Source: Watersipora subatra
Taxonomy: Eukaryota
Length of the DNA stretch: 64,000 nt
NCBI RefSeq assembly: GCF_963576615.1
Contig: NC_088716.1
Coordinates: 43,623,910-43,687,909, forward strand
Reading direction: 5' to 3'
Shown: positions 52,300 to 64,000 of the stretch, one piece after another
Numbering within the stretch: position 1 is the stretch's first letter
Layout: the number at the start of each line of letters is the position of its first letter
Program-made: the position numbers and the translations under genes
Notes under the pieces: model-generated
Databases searched by the model: none
Seen by the model: the letters and a program-made list of their open reading frames with translations, nothing else
What the model was told of the DNA's origin: nothing

Positions 52300-52800
52300 T
52301 GTTTATTGATGAAAAACTGTAGAGAAAATTGTTAGACATCAACGTTGCTAAATCTAAATAGCCCAGGTTTTATGGCAAACATACGGTTTAATAGCAGTCT
52401 GTTTCATTGTTGCTAACTTTGTATGATGATGAAGGCTCACAACTAGTAAACAAAGGGAAACGACAAGTAAAAAAATTAAACCACTACTTTTATTAAAAAA
52501 GCTGGAGGAAAACGAGAGATTTTGTAAAAAAGGGAGACTGACTTAAAATACTGAGGGTCTCGGCCAAACCGGGAGACTTGGCAAGTATGCAGATGGCTCT
52601 TTCGTCTTCTAGCTAAGACGCAGGTCGTCCAAAAAAAAGGGTAAGCCTTTTGCTCTGTGACCCTGTTCAGCTGGTGGTAGTCAACACACAATAAGAACCT
52701 TTTATCTTTCTTTTGGACCAACACCACTGGGGAGCTCTTGGCACCTTCAGCTGACTAAATGGACCTTTTGCTGAGAATTTCTTGCGCGTGGCATTTTGCC
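52300..52800 (-). mobile_element. Degraded Ty3/gypsy-like reverse-transcriptase N-terminal fragment
   Basis: The minus-strand translation gives SSPVVLVQKKDKRFLLCVDYHQLNRVTEQKAYPFF, then after a frameshift LDDLRL. This matches the ...SPVVLVKKKDGS.R.CVDYR.LN.VT.KD.YPLPRIDDL motif. Stops and frameshifts beyond it. Confidence 0.5.
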
Positions 52801-53985
52801 CCAGCATCCTTCTTTGGTCCGAGTTAATGGAAAGGTTGACATATTGGCCAGAGCTCCTTCTTCGATACTATAGGATGCTCCACTTCAGAGGGTCAGCCCA
52901 CATCTCTTTCTCACATACAAAACGTTGCTTGACAGCATGTTAACAGTTTTGATAACTGTTCAGAATGTCCCGGCTCTGTGAAGTTTTTTTTGCACTGCTT
53001 AGAACAGGTCCTTTAGGTAGGTTGGCACTTCTGCCTCTAGTGCTTTCGTACCCCGAGCCATGAACACCAAGCTGCAGAGAAGTGGTGCCTTATTCACCTG
53101 GTGGTCCTACACCCCAAATACGTGGCGAACAGGGTTTTAGCTTGGAACATCAGAGGTTTGTCTCTGAGCTTCAGACACTCCATAACTATGCTTCTCTTTG
53201 GCCCAGGCCGGTTCAAGCCTGAAGTCAGTAAGAGATCCTAACCAAAATTTTATTTACTCCAATCAGCAGTAATTCTGTGTGGTCACCCAACACAAAACAG
53301 ACATTTCAGCCGGAGCTGGCACCACCATGTCTCTTACCACCTGCATCTTGCTAAGTAACAGTATTCCTTGCCTATTTATGTTCGACGTAAAGGGAGCTCA
53401 TCATGCAGAGATTAGCAGAGCAAGGTAAATGCTCATTTTATGCAGTTGTCTGTTGAGCATACAAACACTGTACAGATTTATATATTTGCACAACATGTCA
53501 ACACTTTCCCTCAGAAGGAAAGTCCAGGCTGCTGAAAGTCCATAGGACACTATGGGCTGTTAGGAATGGTATTAAAAATAGGATCTTTGCGAATGTGGCT
53601 CATTACAAAGACCTCCTGGGTCTTTATATCCTATAATAAAGACTAAGGAGGTCTTTATTATGGGATACAAAGACCAAGGATATTCTAATACAAAGTTTGA
53701 AAATAGCTGTATTGGCAGCCGTATGACACTGTAGAATGGATCAATTTTTCCATCAGCCACGGGATCGTTGCTATTAGTCGATTTGAGTAGGTCTATCGTG
53801 CCTTGAGGAAACCTAAAAACCTGCTTGCTTAGCATGTTTGTAGTGCATCTGGTGTCAATCCAAAACTGGATAAACTTCCTCTCTAGTTTCTGTAGAAGGA
53901 AGTATCTTGTGGAATGGGACCAGTTTGGAGTCTGTGTTCTGATCAGCTCATCACCACGCTCGCCATGAGTGGTAAAGTTAACTGA

Positions 53986-54031
53986 ACCGAAAACTCATGC
54001 GTCTGCCAAGGCAGTCGCATGAGTTTTCGGT
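53986..54031. other. Perfect 16-bp-stem hairpin (accgaaaactcatgcg / cgcatgagttttcggt) whose 14-nt loop is itself a small palindrome (ctgcc..ggcag)
   Basis: Direct reading. The loop motif tctgccaaggcag recurs at ~54040. Confidence 0.6.
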
Positions 54032-57000
54032 GTTGTACAAAGAAATGGTCTGCCAAGGCAGACCTTTAGGGTCTAAGTTAGGTTCAGTGATGGAGTGTGG
54101 TATCGGTTGGCTCTGCTGCTTTAAAAGCAGGCTTCCGGACAATTGCAGGCCCAGTCTCTCCAGACCAGTGTCGGAGCGCACCTCTTTCAACCAAACTCAG
54201 TGGGGCTTGTTTAGACTCTGGCTGTGCTTCCCCAGTTGAGCTGCAGCTCAAGCATTTGGACTCCAGCTTTTCCAGGTCTCGTAATAAATTTGGGTGGCTA
54301 TAGCAAGAAATTTCCACATAACATTCTGAGTAGATATGGCAATAGACCTTTGCATCACCTTTCAATTTTAAGGCCATGGCAAAAGGTCGCCGTGTCACAT
54401 CTTTGTTCTGGGTGGATATGGCAGAGAATCTCTGCATCGCTTTTCCATAATTCCTTGAAGCCTTCCTCACTAGAGTCCAGCCAGACTCAGCATGTCCATC
54501 GAGCTTCCCGAAGCACTTTTTTGTTAGGGTCTGAACAGTTGGGGGCCTTAGTACAACTAAAGGTCGGTACTAAAATGTTGCGACCTTTCGCAGTTTCCCC
54601 GGTTTTGTTTTTTCACTGGGAAAGTTCTTCTAAACGTTCTTCTGGCTCCCACAGCCTCAACACAGAAATGGTTGAATTGACATAGCTTCTTTTAGGCCAG
54701 GGATATCGAAATCAATTGTACAAGGGGTCAAAATTCGAAACACAATCTAGGTCACGGGCTGAAAAGGATAAACACTTATTGAACATAATAAAACTAAATG
54801 TTTTTGGAACATAAATATGGATAAAAACAGACAGGAATATTATTCTGAAACAAACTTTAGATTAAATTGACCCAAGAAGCATGCAGAAAGGCAGTTGAAG
54901 TGTTGCATTATGGGATCTGTAGTTCTGTGCAGTATTATGTCATCAGCATTTCATATTAACGGGTCATGAATAGCAATAACGTAAAATGTTCTTGCAGGCC
55001 AGATCGGATTACAAAGTGGGCCGGATGTGGCCCGTGGGCCGGATGTGGCCATGGGTTTGACACATGTGTTTTTGGCCATGTTGCTCTTCTTGCAGCTGCT
55101 GGACCTGCTTGGTCAGCTGATGCCCCAGAAGTGCAAGCTGGTTGATGGTCTGATCCTAGACCACTTCCGTCTACTTGGCTACATGACTTGCGGGGGCCGA
55201 GCCTTCCTCTTAGCAATGATACTGCTGACCAGTCATGATGTGACCCTCCTTAGCCCTGGGTCCAGCTATCGTCTGCCACCACACTAGTACTTTCACCCAA
55301 AAACAATTACCAAAAATTTTGTTGATCTACAATTTGTGAAACCTTCATATCTTAATCTGTCTGACACCGCTGGTCATCACGAGAAAGAAATTATGACAAA
55401 AACCAAATATTTTTAAAATTAAACTTCACTCAGCATTGGCTGTAAACATATTTTCCATTGGCTCAAGGCAAACCGACAATTATTGTTTTCTTTAGTTCTA
55501 GTGTATACATTTATCGATTGAGTGTTAATTAATCAACTATTAACTCACCAGAAACGTTTTGTAAGGAACCTACAAAAGGCGCACCACACCCCTTTTGGCT
55601 ATATGCAACTGATGTGCCATGCAGCATTACAAAGCTTGTTGTACACAATAAGTTACATGTAAGAAAAAAGAAAAACTTTAGAGATAGTCATATTTATATC
55701 CTACAAAATCAAAGTCTTCTAGACTTTTGACAAAGTCGGTAAGTCAGAGTTCTAGTTGTTATAATGTTTGCATTACTATTTGTATTATCTATAATATAGC
55801 ATAAAATAGGTACAAGAAACACAACAAGTAACTGGTCCCGAGTTGTAACGCGTAACCCATGATAGCACACATGACCCGGTTTCATTTCATAACCTCTTTA
55901 TTGAACAATGAAGGAGAACTGGAAAAGTTTAGTGGCGCATAAGTAGATCATCCTATGACTACAAGACGTGCTTATTTTATGATTATATGGATAATAGGCA
56001 GTTATTTTATTCTGTTAGCTCTTGTATTTTATCAATAAATTAGCTAAAATGCCATTTCTCAGTACAAGTTTTATAAACTGATCTAGATATAAATCTTGAA
56101 TGCATCAGATAGCACGAAAACATAGATAATACATATTTGGGAGATCAGAAACTCACTTACGATTGAAAGGAAATGGCTGATGTGCAAACCCAAAAATGTT
56201 TAAAAAATATGACATGCCCCTAAATATCGCCGAAAAACCCCTGATCATACAGGGATGTAGAGTTGAAAATTTGGGGATAACAAGCCAACAATATGTTCAG
56301 CATAAAATGTGAAAAAGAGAAGATTTGAATCAACAGTTATTAAGGTATGTATGCTAACATTTTGATATTCGCTACAGTAAAAAAGCATACAAAACCCCCT
56401 TTCACCCCGTTTACAACCCTGTAGCGTTTTATACGCCACTGGTACAGAAAAGTTACAGATTCAAAATCAGTGAACTCTCAGCTTTCCAATGGTATATGGG
56501 GCATAAAGTTCTCTTCAATGAGCAAAAAACATACCTTGGCTCCCCCACTATAAACATACCTTGGCTCTCCCACTAAAAACATACCTTGGCTCCCCCACTA
56601 TAAACATACCTTGGCTCCCCCACTAAAAACATACCTTGGCTCCCCCACTATAAACATACCTTGGCTCCCCCACTAAAAACATACCTTGGCTCCCCCACTA
56701 TTTGGTGTACGGAGATATAATGTGGATGCTTGGAGCAGCTAAGCAAGGTAGCTTGTTGACCTATAAAACTAACAATCTAACTCTATTTAACAGGTTGTGT
56801 AGAGTTGAGCTTTACAAAAATACATAAAACTCCTCCAGGCGTTAAATGCCTGGCGTACTACTATGAACTTTTATATTTTAATATTAGTTGGCAAGTTTTA
56901 GTTAATAAATGAAATCTAACATCAGCGTAACCTACTGTCTTTCTGTAGCTTTTCTATAATAATAAATACAGCTTTATGTTTACTGTAATGACTAAGAAAA

Positions 57001-57719
57001 AATTATCGTTTGAGAGGCTTAGCCAATGACACAACAAAGCATTCCTTTCGTTTATATTTTTAGATCGATAGCTCAAACTGCAGATGGCTTGTGTTACTAT
57101 ATAAACATTTTTTGTAATATTTACCTCTTTGAGTGCGCTGCCAATTTACTACATGTAAGTTATGCCTCAGTAAAGCAATGGCGATTGAGCGCATGGCTTC
57201 GAGCTCGGCAATTCCGCAATACTCTTAAACAAAACTTTGCAGCATATACAAATGAAGTACCAACATCAAACAAATTAATTTAAATATGAAATATTTATAC
57301 TTTAAATATTATCAGTTAAAAAAATACTAATAAATTTTTAACAATTTGTATAAAGGCTACAAACAAAGTGGCAGCATCTTGAGTTGTTTACTGTTCAGCA
57401 TCGTCATGGCAACTATAGTGACCTAATCAGGCTATCTGATCATCTGGGAGTTATCTTCATCAGAGAGGGCAAATTCTGCTGACTTTAGAATGACTTGCAG
57501 AATAAGGGAACAAAGGGTAGTTTTGGCGAAATATTTTTAGGTATTAGTTTTTAGTAATTACATTTGCAGTCTTTGTGAACCTTGCTTTGCTGCCGACACC
57601 TAACTGTTTATGTAGCTCACTTCCATCCAATTAGTTAACAATTGTAAAGAAACTGACCGAGTTCTTCTACTTGTTTCCAAGAATCAAACCACTCGAGTAC
57701 AAAGCAAATGAGTATACAT

Positions 57720-57960
57720 TTGGCTTTGCCCCTCGGTGGGCGGGCTGAGTCAGTAGCCGAACTTCAGCTGACTGGAGGTGTTACCGAGAGCCGAGTCTTC
57801 TACTGAGTCAGGGTTCAGAGCGATTTTGGCATCGGTCGCCTCGGCTTCAACTGTCCTCTTTAGATCGGCCTTGGCCCCGACGATCGGCCACCACACATTG
57901 AGCAGTTTTTTCCTTCTTTTAGTTAGTGCTTTCTTTATGGGGTTCTATTGGGCCGTCACT
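57720..57960 (+). repeat. GC-rich dispersed repeat, partner of 7140-7390
   Basis: See 7140-7390. Confidence 0.5.
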
Positions 57961-58164
57961 TATGATCGCCTCCACAAACCAACTTTTTGACATACAACAA
58001 AAAATGAGTGAACATTTGTTTTGACATGAAATAATTTTTAATAGATGATGTCCAAAATTTTTTGATATATTACAAAAGAAAATGTTAGAAAGCATATAAA
58101 AATTAAAACCTGTAAAATTAATAAGAATCGATAGAAATGAACATACGCTATTTCTAGTGCAAGT

Positions 58165-58545
58165 GAGAGTAAGTTATGTTTATTGTATGTTATAGTAAGC
58201 TATGTGGTGTATGCAAGTGAGAGTAAGTTATGTTTATTGTATGTTATAGTAAGCTATGTGGTGTATGCAAGTGAGAGTAAGTTATGTTTATTGTATGTTA
58301 TAGTAAGCTATGTGGTGTATACAAGTGAGAGTAAGTTATGTTTATTGTATGTTATAGTAAGCTATGTGGTGTATGCAAGTGAGAGTAAGTTATGTTTATT
58401 GTATGTTATAGTAAGCTATGTGGTGTATACAAGTGAGAGTAAGTTATGTTTATTGTATGTTATAGTAAGCTATGTGGTGTATGCAAGTGAGAGTAAGTTA
58501 TGTTTATTGTATGTTATAGTAAGCTATGTGGTGTATTTTATGCCT
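58165..58545. repeat. 54-bp tandem repeat, about 7 units (gcaagtgagagtaagttatgtttattgtatgttatagtaagctatgtggtgtat)
   Basis: Direct reading. The open frame across it is a consequence of 54 = 18 codons. Confidence 0.9.
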
Positions 58546-59289
58546 ACGCATTGCTAAACTTACAATTCATTCTGATTGCTTTAAGGTGAAGCAACAGAGC
58601 CAGGAAAGGGGTTGCTAGGGTATTTGTGATTTTGTGGCACGCATTCCCATATTAGAGAATTTGGTGCATTCTGATAGTCAGAGTGCTAACAATAAGGAGG
58701 GTCATAAAGACTCTGTAGCAAATTATTATGTTAATATTACTAAAAAAGGAAACTACTACAAACAGGTATCGTATTCCTGAACAACCTTTAATTACGGTCA
58801 TCAGGTGTTTTTCTTATTCGCTTACTTCTTCCTTGCTATTTGAAATGCAGAAAACTTCTTCATTTTTACAGTACAGCAGTTTTTAATAGTAAGCAATAAA
58901 CTAGAATGTTTGATTAGTTTTTAATCTATGATTAGTGCGTCAGACCTAACTTCGGCCATGATGAATTAAATGAATTGATAGATTTTAACTTTATTAATGT
59001 TGATCAATGTTGCTTAAATCAAATTAGACCATGTGACTAAAATAAAATAAAGAATAGTAAAGTGAAGCTATGCGTATTGAAATAAAAAGCTCTTTTTGCA
59101 TAACAGTGTTTTATAATATAAATTGGCAAGGTGTTGGGGTCTAGTATAAGGTGTAGTGTTTTTTCTAGAAAAGTAGGAATGTAATGGATGGTCCGGCAGA
59201 TTGGAAATACGATCTGAGTATTTTAGGTAGCAAATATCTAATAACCTAGCCAGCTCAGTTTTAGGTCATTTAGATGTGGATTATAACTG

Positions 59290-59995
59290 TCTATATCAAG
59301 TAGTAGAACCTAGCCTGTCTTGACAAACTGTTGTTTTTGTGGAGTTGTCCCCCATCGAGGGGCGAGCAACACAACAGCTTGTCACAAGACATATTGCACC
59401 TGATGCATCAGCTGCACTTATAGGGAGTTGTTCTCTTCCGTCTATGCGGCTTGGTTGCGATGTTGTCGGTCGCTCCAATGGTAATCATAACGAATTTCGC
59501 GCAAAAATGTATGTAGAAAAAAATAAGATTACAATATTTAACCAGCGACCGGTCTCTGCGGTAAATTTTAGTAGAACTTGAGAACTTAAGCAGCAACAGC
59601 GACTAAAAATTTCGTTATTTTTGCGCTCTGTCAGTTTTATTTCTATTTTTGCATCAGTCAGTTTTATTTGTTCTTATGGATTTTATTTTCAATTTATTTT
59701 ATTCTTAAGTTCTACTAAAGTTTACCGCAGAGACTGGCCGCTGGTTAAACGTTGTAATCTTATTTTTTTCTACATAAATTTTTGCGTGAAATCTGTTATG
59801 ATTACCAATGGAGCGACCGCCATAACATCGCAACCAAGCGAACAACTCCCTATAAGTGCAGCTGATGCATCAGGTGCAGTACATCTTGTGACAAGCTGTT
59901 GTGTTGCTCGCCCCTTCGACGGGGGACAACTCTGCAAAAACAACAGTTTGTTAAGACAGGCTAAGTAGAACCTTGAAACATAATTTTTCAAAGTG
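59290..59995. repeat. Near-perfect long inverted repeat (foldback): arms ~59290-59590 and ~59690-59995, spacer ~100 bp
   Basis: The reverse complement of gtggagttgtcccccatcgaggggcgagcaacacaacagcttgtcacaag... equals ...cttgtgacaagctgttgtgttgctcgccccttcgacgggggacaactc... with a few indels. This also explains the mirrored ORF peptides QLPISAADASGA on both strands. Confidence 0.85.
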
Positions 59996-60520
59996 TTCAT
60001 ATGTTTTTAATGCCCCATTACTGCTGCGTCATTCCTAATTAACAGCCATGATAAATCAAATAATTTGAAACAGTGTGACAAGCTGTAAATCATTCTTGAA
60101 AGCTTCACATTTTTGTCATAAAAGTTATTCTAAAGACATCAAAGCTATTTGTTACAAACCAGGGGTACAAATGACTAAAGCACGGGTTCCAACAAAAGCT
60201 ATAATATTAGCAGACTGTCCATTTCCTTGATTTGTTGCAGTTCTCCAAGCATGTCAAAATGCCATTAGGTAAGCCAAGTAGATTTGACAGCCAAGCAAAG
60301 CAAATAAAATGCTTGACATAAACAATGACGTTAGCCGTTAGGTTTTTGTTGGCCTTTAACCAGTTATAAATGACCAGCAGCTAGAATAATTTTGTGGTTT
60401 TAACAGCTCTTTCCATGTCTAAACAAATTTTGAAGGTAAATGGAGAAGGGAAGACGAAGTGAGAGTAAATTGTTTAAATCTTCCTACAATAAAAGCTGAA
60501 AATCTACAAAGACCAAACAG

Positions 60521-60574
60521 TATGAAGGTTTTGTACAGCTCCCCGAACTACGATGCCGTAAAGCCAAATCAGCA
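60521..60574 (+). CDS. Candidate exon 1 of an unidentified gene (MKVLYSSPNYDAVKPNQQ), donor gtaagt
   Basis: ATG and an open frame to a consensus donor. Confidence 0.3.
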
Positions 60575-60956
60575 GGTAAGTATATATTGATAAAACATTT
60601 AATAAGCTAAAGCAGTCTAAAAGTTTTTTTCATAACAAGAAAAAGCATTTTGATAACTACTTTTTAAAAATATCAACGGAAATTCTTCGTTAATAACAAT
60701 ATGCTCATACTTTCCAAGTCGTGAGCGTAAGTATGATAGTTCAACTAATATTTCATAAAAACCAACTGAAGTCAAATATTCAAAACAAATTAAAAAAGTT
60801 AAATTAAACAAAATTTGGAAAAACTAAAAGACCTTCACAGCCACAACATTACTATATATGGCTTTAATTCAGAAGCTATGCTCGTCATGGATGTTGCGGG
60901 ATTGTCTGCTCTCTGTTAGTGAGATAGCCTTCCTATTTTTGTTTTTGTATTTTTAG

Positions 60957-61093
60957 ATATATGTGCCTTTACGTAAGACGATGGGAATCAACACTAAGAG
61001 GACAGAAATAGTAAATCACAACACACAGCTTGCTGTGACACACCTGCCTCCCATAGTCAATATTAGTAAGGCTGTGCTCTCTAAATATGACAG
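60957..61093 (+). CDS. Candidate exon 2 (IYVPLRKTMGINTKRTEIVNHNTQLAVTHLPPIVNISKAVLSKYD), acceptor ttttag, donor gtgagt
   Basis: Consensus splice sites. The frame is continuous with exon 1. Confidence 0.3.
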
Positions 61094-62840
61094 GTGAGTT
61101 AGTCCTGACTTTTGGCCGCTTTTGCCACAGACCAATTTTTTGAACACTTTCGTACTTTTTTAGAGCAAGTACAACAAGCGAGACTTAGTTTTTTTTATCT
61201 ACTTAGCTATAAGATTTATGCAGAGACCTTTTGTTTGCTAAACTATCCATGTTCCTTAGATGCTGCCAAACTCTTGCATATGATTGCCTCACCACACAAG
61301 AGTTTTAACACACAATGTATAACTTGAGTAAATATTCACTCCTATTTCGATATTGTTGGATGCTATTTAAAAAGTTGCAGCTTTGTAAGTAAATGTGTTA
61401 AGGCTCGTGAATATTAAAATAAAACATTAAAAAACAAAAAGAAAAACATGTAAGCTTAGTTTAAACTTGAACTAGTCAATGTTTGAGAAAGTTATGCTAT
61501 CTTTAAAATAAGCGACTCTACAATTCTATTTGCGCTTCTTTATGTTAAACAACAATAAAACCTATTTTTATTGTTTATGATTTATTAATTTCATTTTTAC
61601 ATAATTATAATTTAGTTATTCAAGTATTTGCTCTAATGCATTTTAATGCTATCAGTATTGCCTGCAAATTTTGATGAAAAATGATCATAGATTTTTAGAC
61701 TGTAAAGTGAATTAAACTAAATTAATTACTGCATATCATTCTAAGGTATACTATCGAGTCACTGTCAATTAATAATTGAATTAAATCACTCATTAAATTA
61801 TTAACTAGCACTTAAATTTAATGCACAATTCTTACGCATGGTAATTTAACATTTAATGATTAAAGCAGTTTTCTCAGCAAATCATTAATCAATGCAACTA
61901 TTATAATTAATGCAATTTTTTCAAATGCTTATTTGATAATTTACTGAAGAATTCAACTTTTGAAAAAATTCCCTAATTTTATTATTAATGTGCTTACTTG
62001 ACGAATTAATTTGGCAATTTAATGCATAATTCAATTCAGTCATTTGTTGATTCATTAGGTATTAATGAATCAACAAATAATGTATAAATTATTAATAATA
62101 ATAATATTATCAACAAATAATAAATAAATTAATGTATTTTTAAATTACTATTTAATTGCAATTTCTGCCATCACTCCAAATCTTAGTATATTATTCTGCT
62201 CTAACATATAAGCAGAATAATATACCAGGGTTTGACAATAGCAAAAATTAATTGTCATATTTTGGAGATGAATCAAAAAGAGATTTTATTTTTTATGCCA
62301 CACTAGTCGTTTGTGGTATAAGCGGTAATCATTTTGTAGTCAATTGAAATCGGCATACAAACCTTTACATCAATGATAGAACTGCTGTTTCACTTACTAA
62401 AAATCTTTGTTCAGCAGCTACAAAATATAGATTGCAATAAAGTAGAAGCCAGGTTGAAATTACTACTTACCAAACATATGTGCCGGTTTCTCTTTTCTCT
62501 TAAAAATGGTCATAACAATTTAATTGCGGATTAAAATTTGGTAAATTTGTTATTCAATGTTTCACCCTTATGATCATTGATGTTTGTTAATTGTTATATT
62601 ATTGATATTTTTAAGGGTGTTGTATTACGATAGTACAAGGTAACAGAGGTTAATTTACCTGCAAAGTGATTTAGCTATATCTCATCTGCAAAGTTTGTAT
62701 GCGCTATGCATGTATTTTATAAACCTTTTTGTCAATTAAACGCATTTTACTAGACTTATAACAACTTCTAACGGGATTATCAATAATCTATCAAAGCACA
62801 GATCGGCAGCGATCGTGATTGGAATTTTTTTTCTCCAACA

Positions 62841-63065
62841 GATACAGAGGCACATCCTTCATGACCCCAACTTTGCTGTCTACCGATGCGAGGTTTACAA
62901 AGTGCGCACAACTTCTAGAGACTCTAGGCGTTACAGAACCAAATCAGGGAGCAGAAATTCTCACCAAAAATGACACGACCCGTCAAGGCTTCTACCTGTC
63001 CTGCCCAACTAAAAGTTCAGAAGAGGCAACTAAAACAATGCTACAATCTCTAAACACTACAAGGA
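62841..63065 (+). CDS. Candidate exon 3 (R YRGTSFMTPTLLSTDARFTKCAQLLETLGVTEPNQGAEILTKNDTTRQGFYLSCPTKSSEEATKTMLQSLNTTR), acceptor ttttttttctccaacag, donor gtaagt
   Basis: A strong polypyrimidine acceptor and a donor. The phase is compatible with exon 2 (gac ag|a). Product not recognised. Confidence 0.35.
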
Positions 63066-64000
63066 GTAAGTCTTCTGTGACCTTTGCACCCACTACCTCA
63101 GTAAAAATGTCTACAACTGGGTTTTAGCAAACTTTCATCCAATATTCTTGACTAACCTGGGTGCGATCTCCTTCGACCTCAAAAACGGTTTGCTGTTAGC
63201 CAAAATTTCCAAACGCTTCAGCAAATTTTCAGAATGTCAAAACTTCAGCAATTCTGAAGTAACTCCAACAATTTTCATATTTCAAGAGATTTCGGTTATA
63301 CTAACAGAATCAAGTTAATCAATTTGACAGTTTCCATAGACAAGGGAGTTACACAACATGTTGGTTGAGGAGATATTTACAGAGGTCTAACGAACTACAA
63401 TAACAAGAATACTTGGTGCATTTTACTTACACTTCTCTCACTGCATATGCATGTAAAGTTGATACAATGTTACACCAATAGTATTAAGCTAGGCTTATTA
63501 TTATTATTATTATTATTCTTAATATGAAGAGAACTGTTGCTTTAAACTATCTTTGAACATCAGTAAAAACCATGAAGTACCATTTCGACAAATCAGTTGT
63601 GTTCACCTTCGACGAATTAAACCAGCCAGTTTCAAACTTTTGCTACTCTGAAATGAGAGAACGATACAAGGTCAAGGTCATACAACAGTGTAGCGAAATA
63701 CTTTATTCAGCCATAAAGCAAAATCTGGTGACCCAAACTGTCACAATGAGATGCAAAAAAATAGAGTCAGTGTAACATTGGTCAGGCCTACCATAGGATT
63801 TGCATTAGAAAACGAGAAAGGATCTAGAATGGTTATATAATCTTGTTCTGGAATATGTAGATTCTTCAATATTCTGATGATGAGAATAACGTCGTTAGAT
63901 GAATATGACAAAGTTGTAGGCTATTCAAGGCTAGAGATCGTTCACATCAACCATAAATAGCCTAAAAAACATATGCAATAATAAATGTTTGAAGCACTAG

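Larger units (their letters stand above)
50617..56702. mobile_element. About 6.1-kb structure bounded by ~740-bp inverted arms (50617-51355 and 55974-56702) that carry subterminal 23-bp tandem repeats; candidate long-TIR or foldback-type element
   Basis: The right arm is the reverse complement of the left, e.g. gcacatcagccatttcctttcaatc vs gattgaaaggaaatggctgatgtgc. The 23-mer ttttagtgggggagccaaggtatg is present 4 times on the left and 7 times, inverted, on the right. The 4.6-kb interior includes a degraded gypsy RT fragment and a GC-rich block (53.0-55.3 kb). Confidence 0.6.

Noticed and set aside
53000-55300. Overlapping ORFs on both strands in the GC-rich block (e.g. 54224-54685 +, 54084-54470 -)
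   Set aside because: The peptides have no recognisable motifs, and there are ORFs on both strands simultaneously, as expected for GC-rich non-coding sequence. It is probably part of an old repeat inside the inverted-arm structure.
58183-58557. 124-aa ORF
   Set aside because: It coincides with the 54-bp (18-codon) tandem repeat. The peptide is a reiterated 18-mer. It is an artefact of repeat length.
59296-59968. Mirrored ORFs on both strands sharing QLPISAADASGA peptides
   Set aside because: They arise because the region is a near-perfect inverted repeat. There is no independent coding evidence.
1-64000. A prokaryotic-style novel defence or metabolic gene system
   Set aside because: The sequence is eukaryotic. 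It has GT-AG introns in a conserved Sm-E gene, APE+RT LINEs, LTR-retrotransposon remnants, SINE-like tRNA derivatives and abundant satellites. No operon-like compact gene arrangement exists.

Overview
This window is eukaryotic (metazoan-type) nuclear DNA, not a prokaryotic locus. It is AT-rich and carries spliceosomal introns with GT-AG boundaries, non-LTR and LTR retrotransposon remnants, tRNA-related SINE-like segments, TIR elements and at least ten satellite or minisatellite arrays. The ORF track treats TTG as a start codon (the 4183..4563 minus ORF begins on ttg), so it is prokaryote-style and most of its ORFs are spurious here.

Supported content:
- A three-exon snRNP Sm-E (SNRPE) gene at 33874-36984 on the + strand, identified by near-identity to the conserved Sm-E sequence.
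- 3' of that gene, an array of partial tandem duplications (about 35.6-46.5 kb) containing at least two exon-2 pseudo-exons with premature stop codons.
- Two tandem head-to-tail copies of a Jockey/CR1-like LINE (about 26.7-33.8 kb), with endonuclease, reverse transcriptase and a C-terminal zinc-finger region.
- A minus-strand terminal coding exon (9030-10703) encoding a lysine-rich segment followed by about 13 near-identical 39-aa repeats (117-bp period).
- A 3.2-kb 14-bp satellite (17231-20415) with a roughly 1375-bp higher-order periodicity.
- Two copies of an about 845-bp TIR-bearing non-autonomous DNA element (4942-5789 and 22395-23235).
- A roughly 6.1-kb structure bounded by about 740-bp inverted arms carrying 23-bp subterminal tandem repeats (50617-56702), enclosing a degraded Ty3/gypsy-like RT fragment.
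- A roughly 700-bp near-perfect foldback (59290-59995).
- Several candidate exons of unidentified genes.

I found no prokaryote-style defence or metabolic system. The most interesting items are the SNRPE duplication array, the repeat-protein exon, and the large inverted-repeat and foldback structures.
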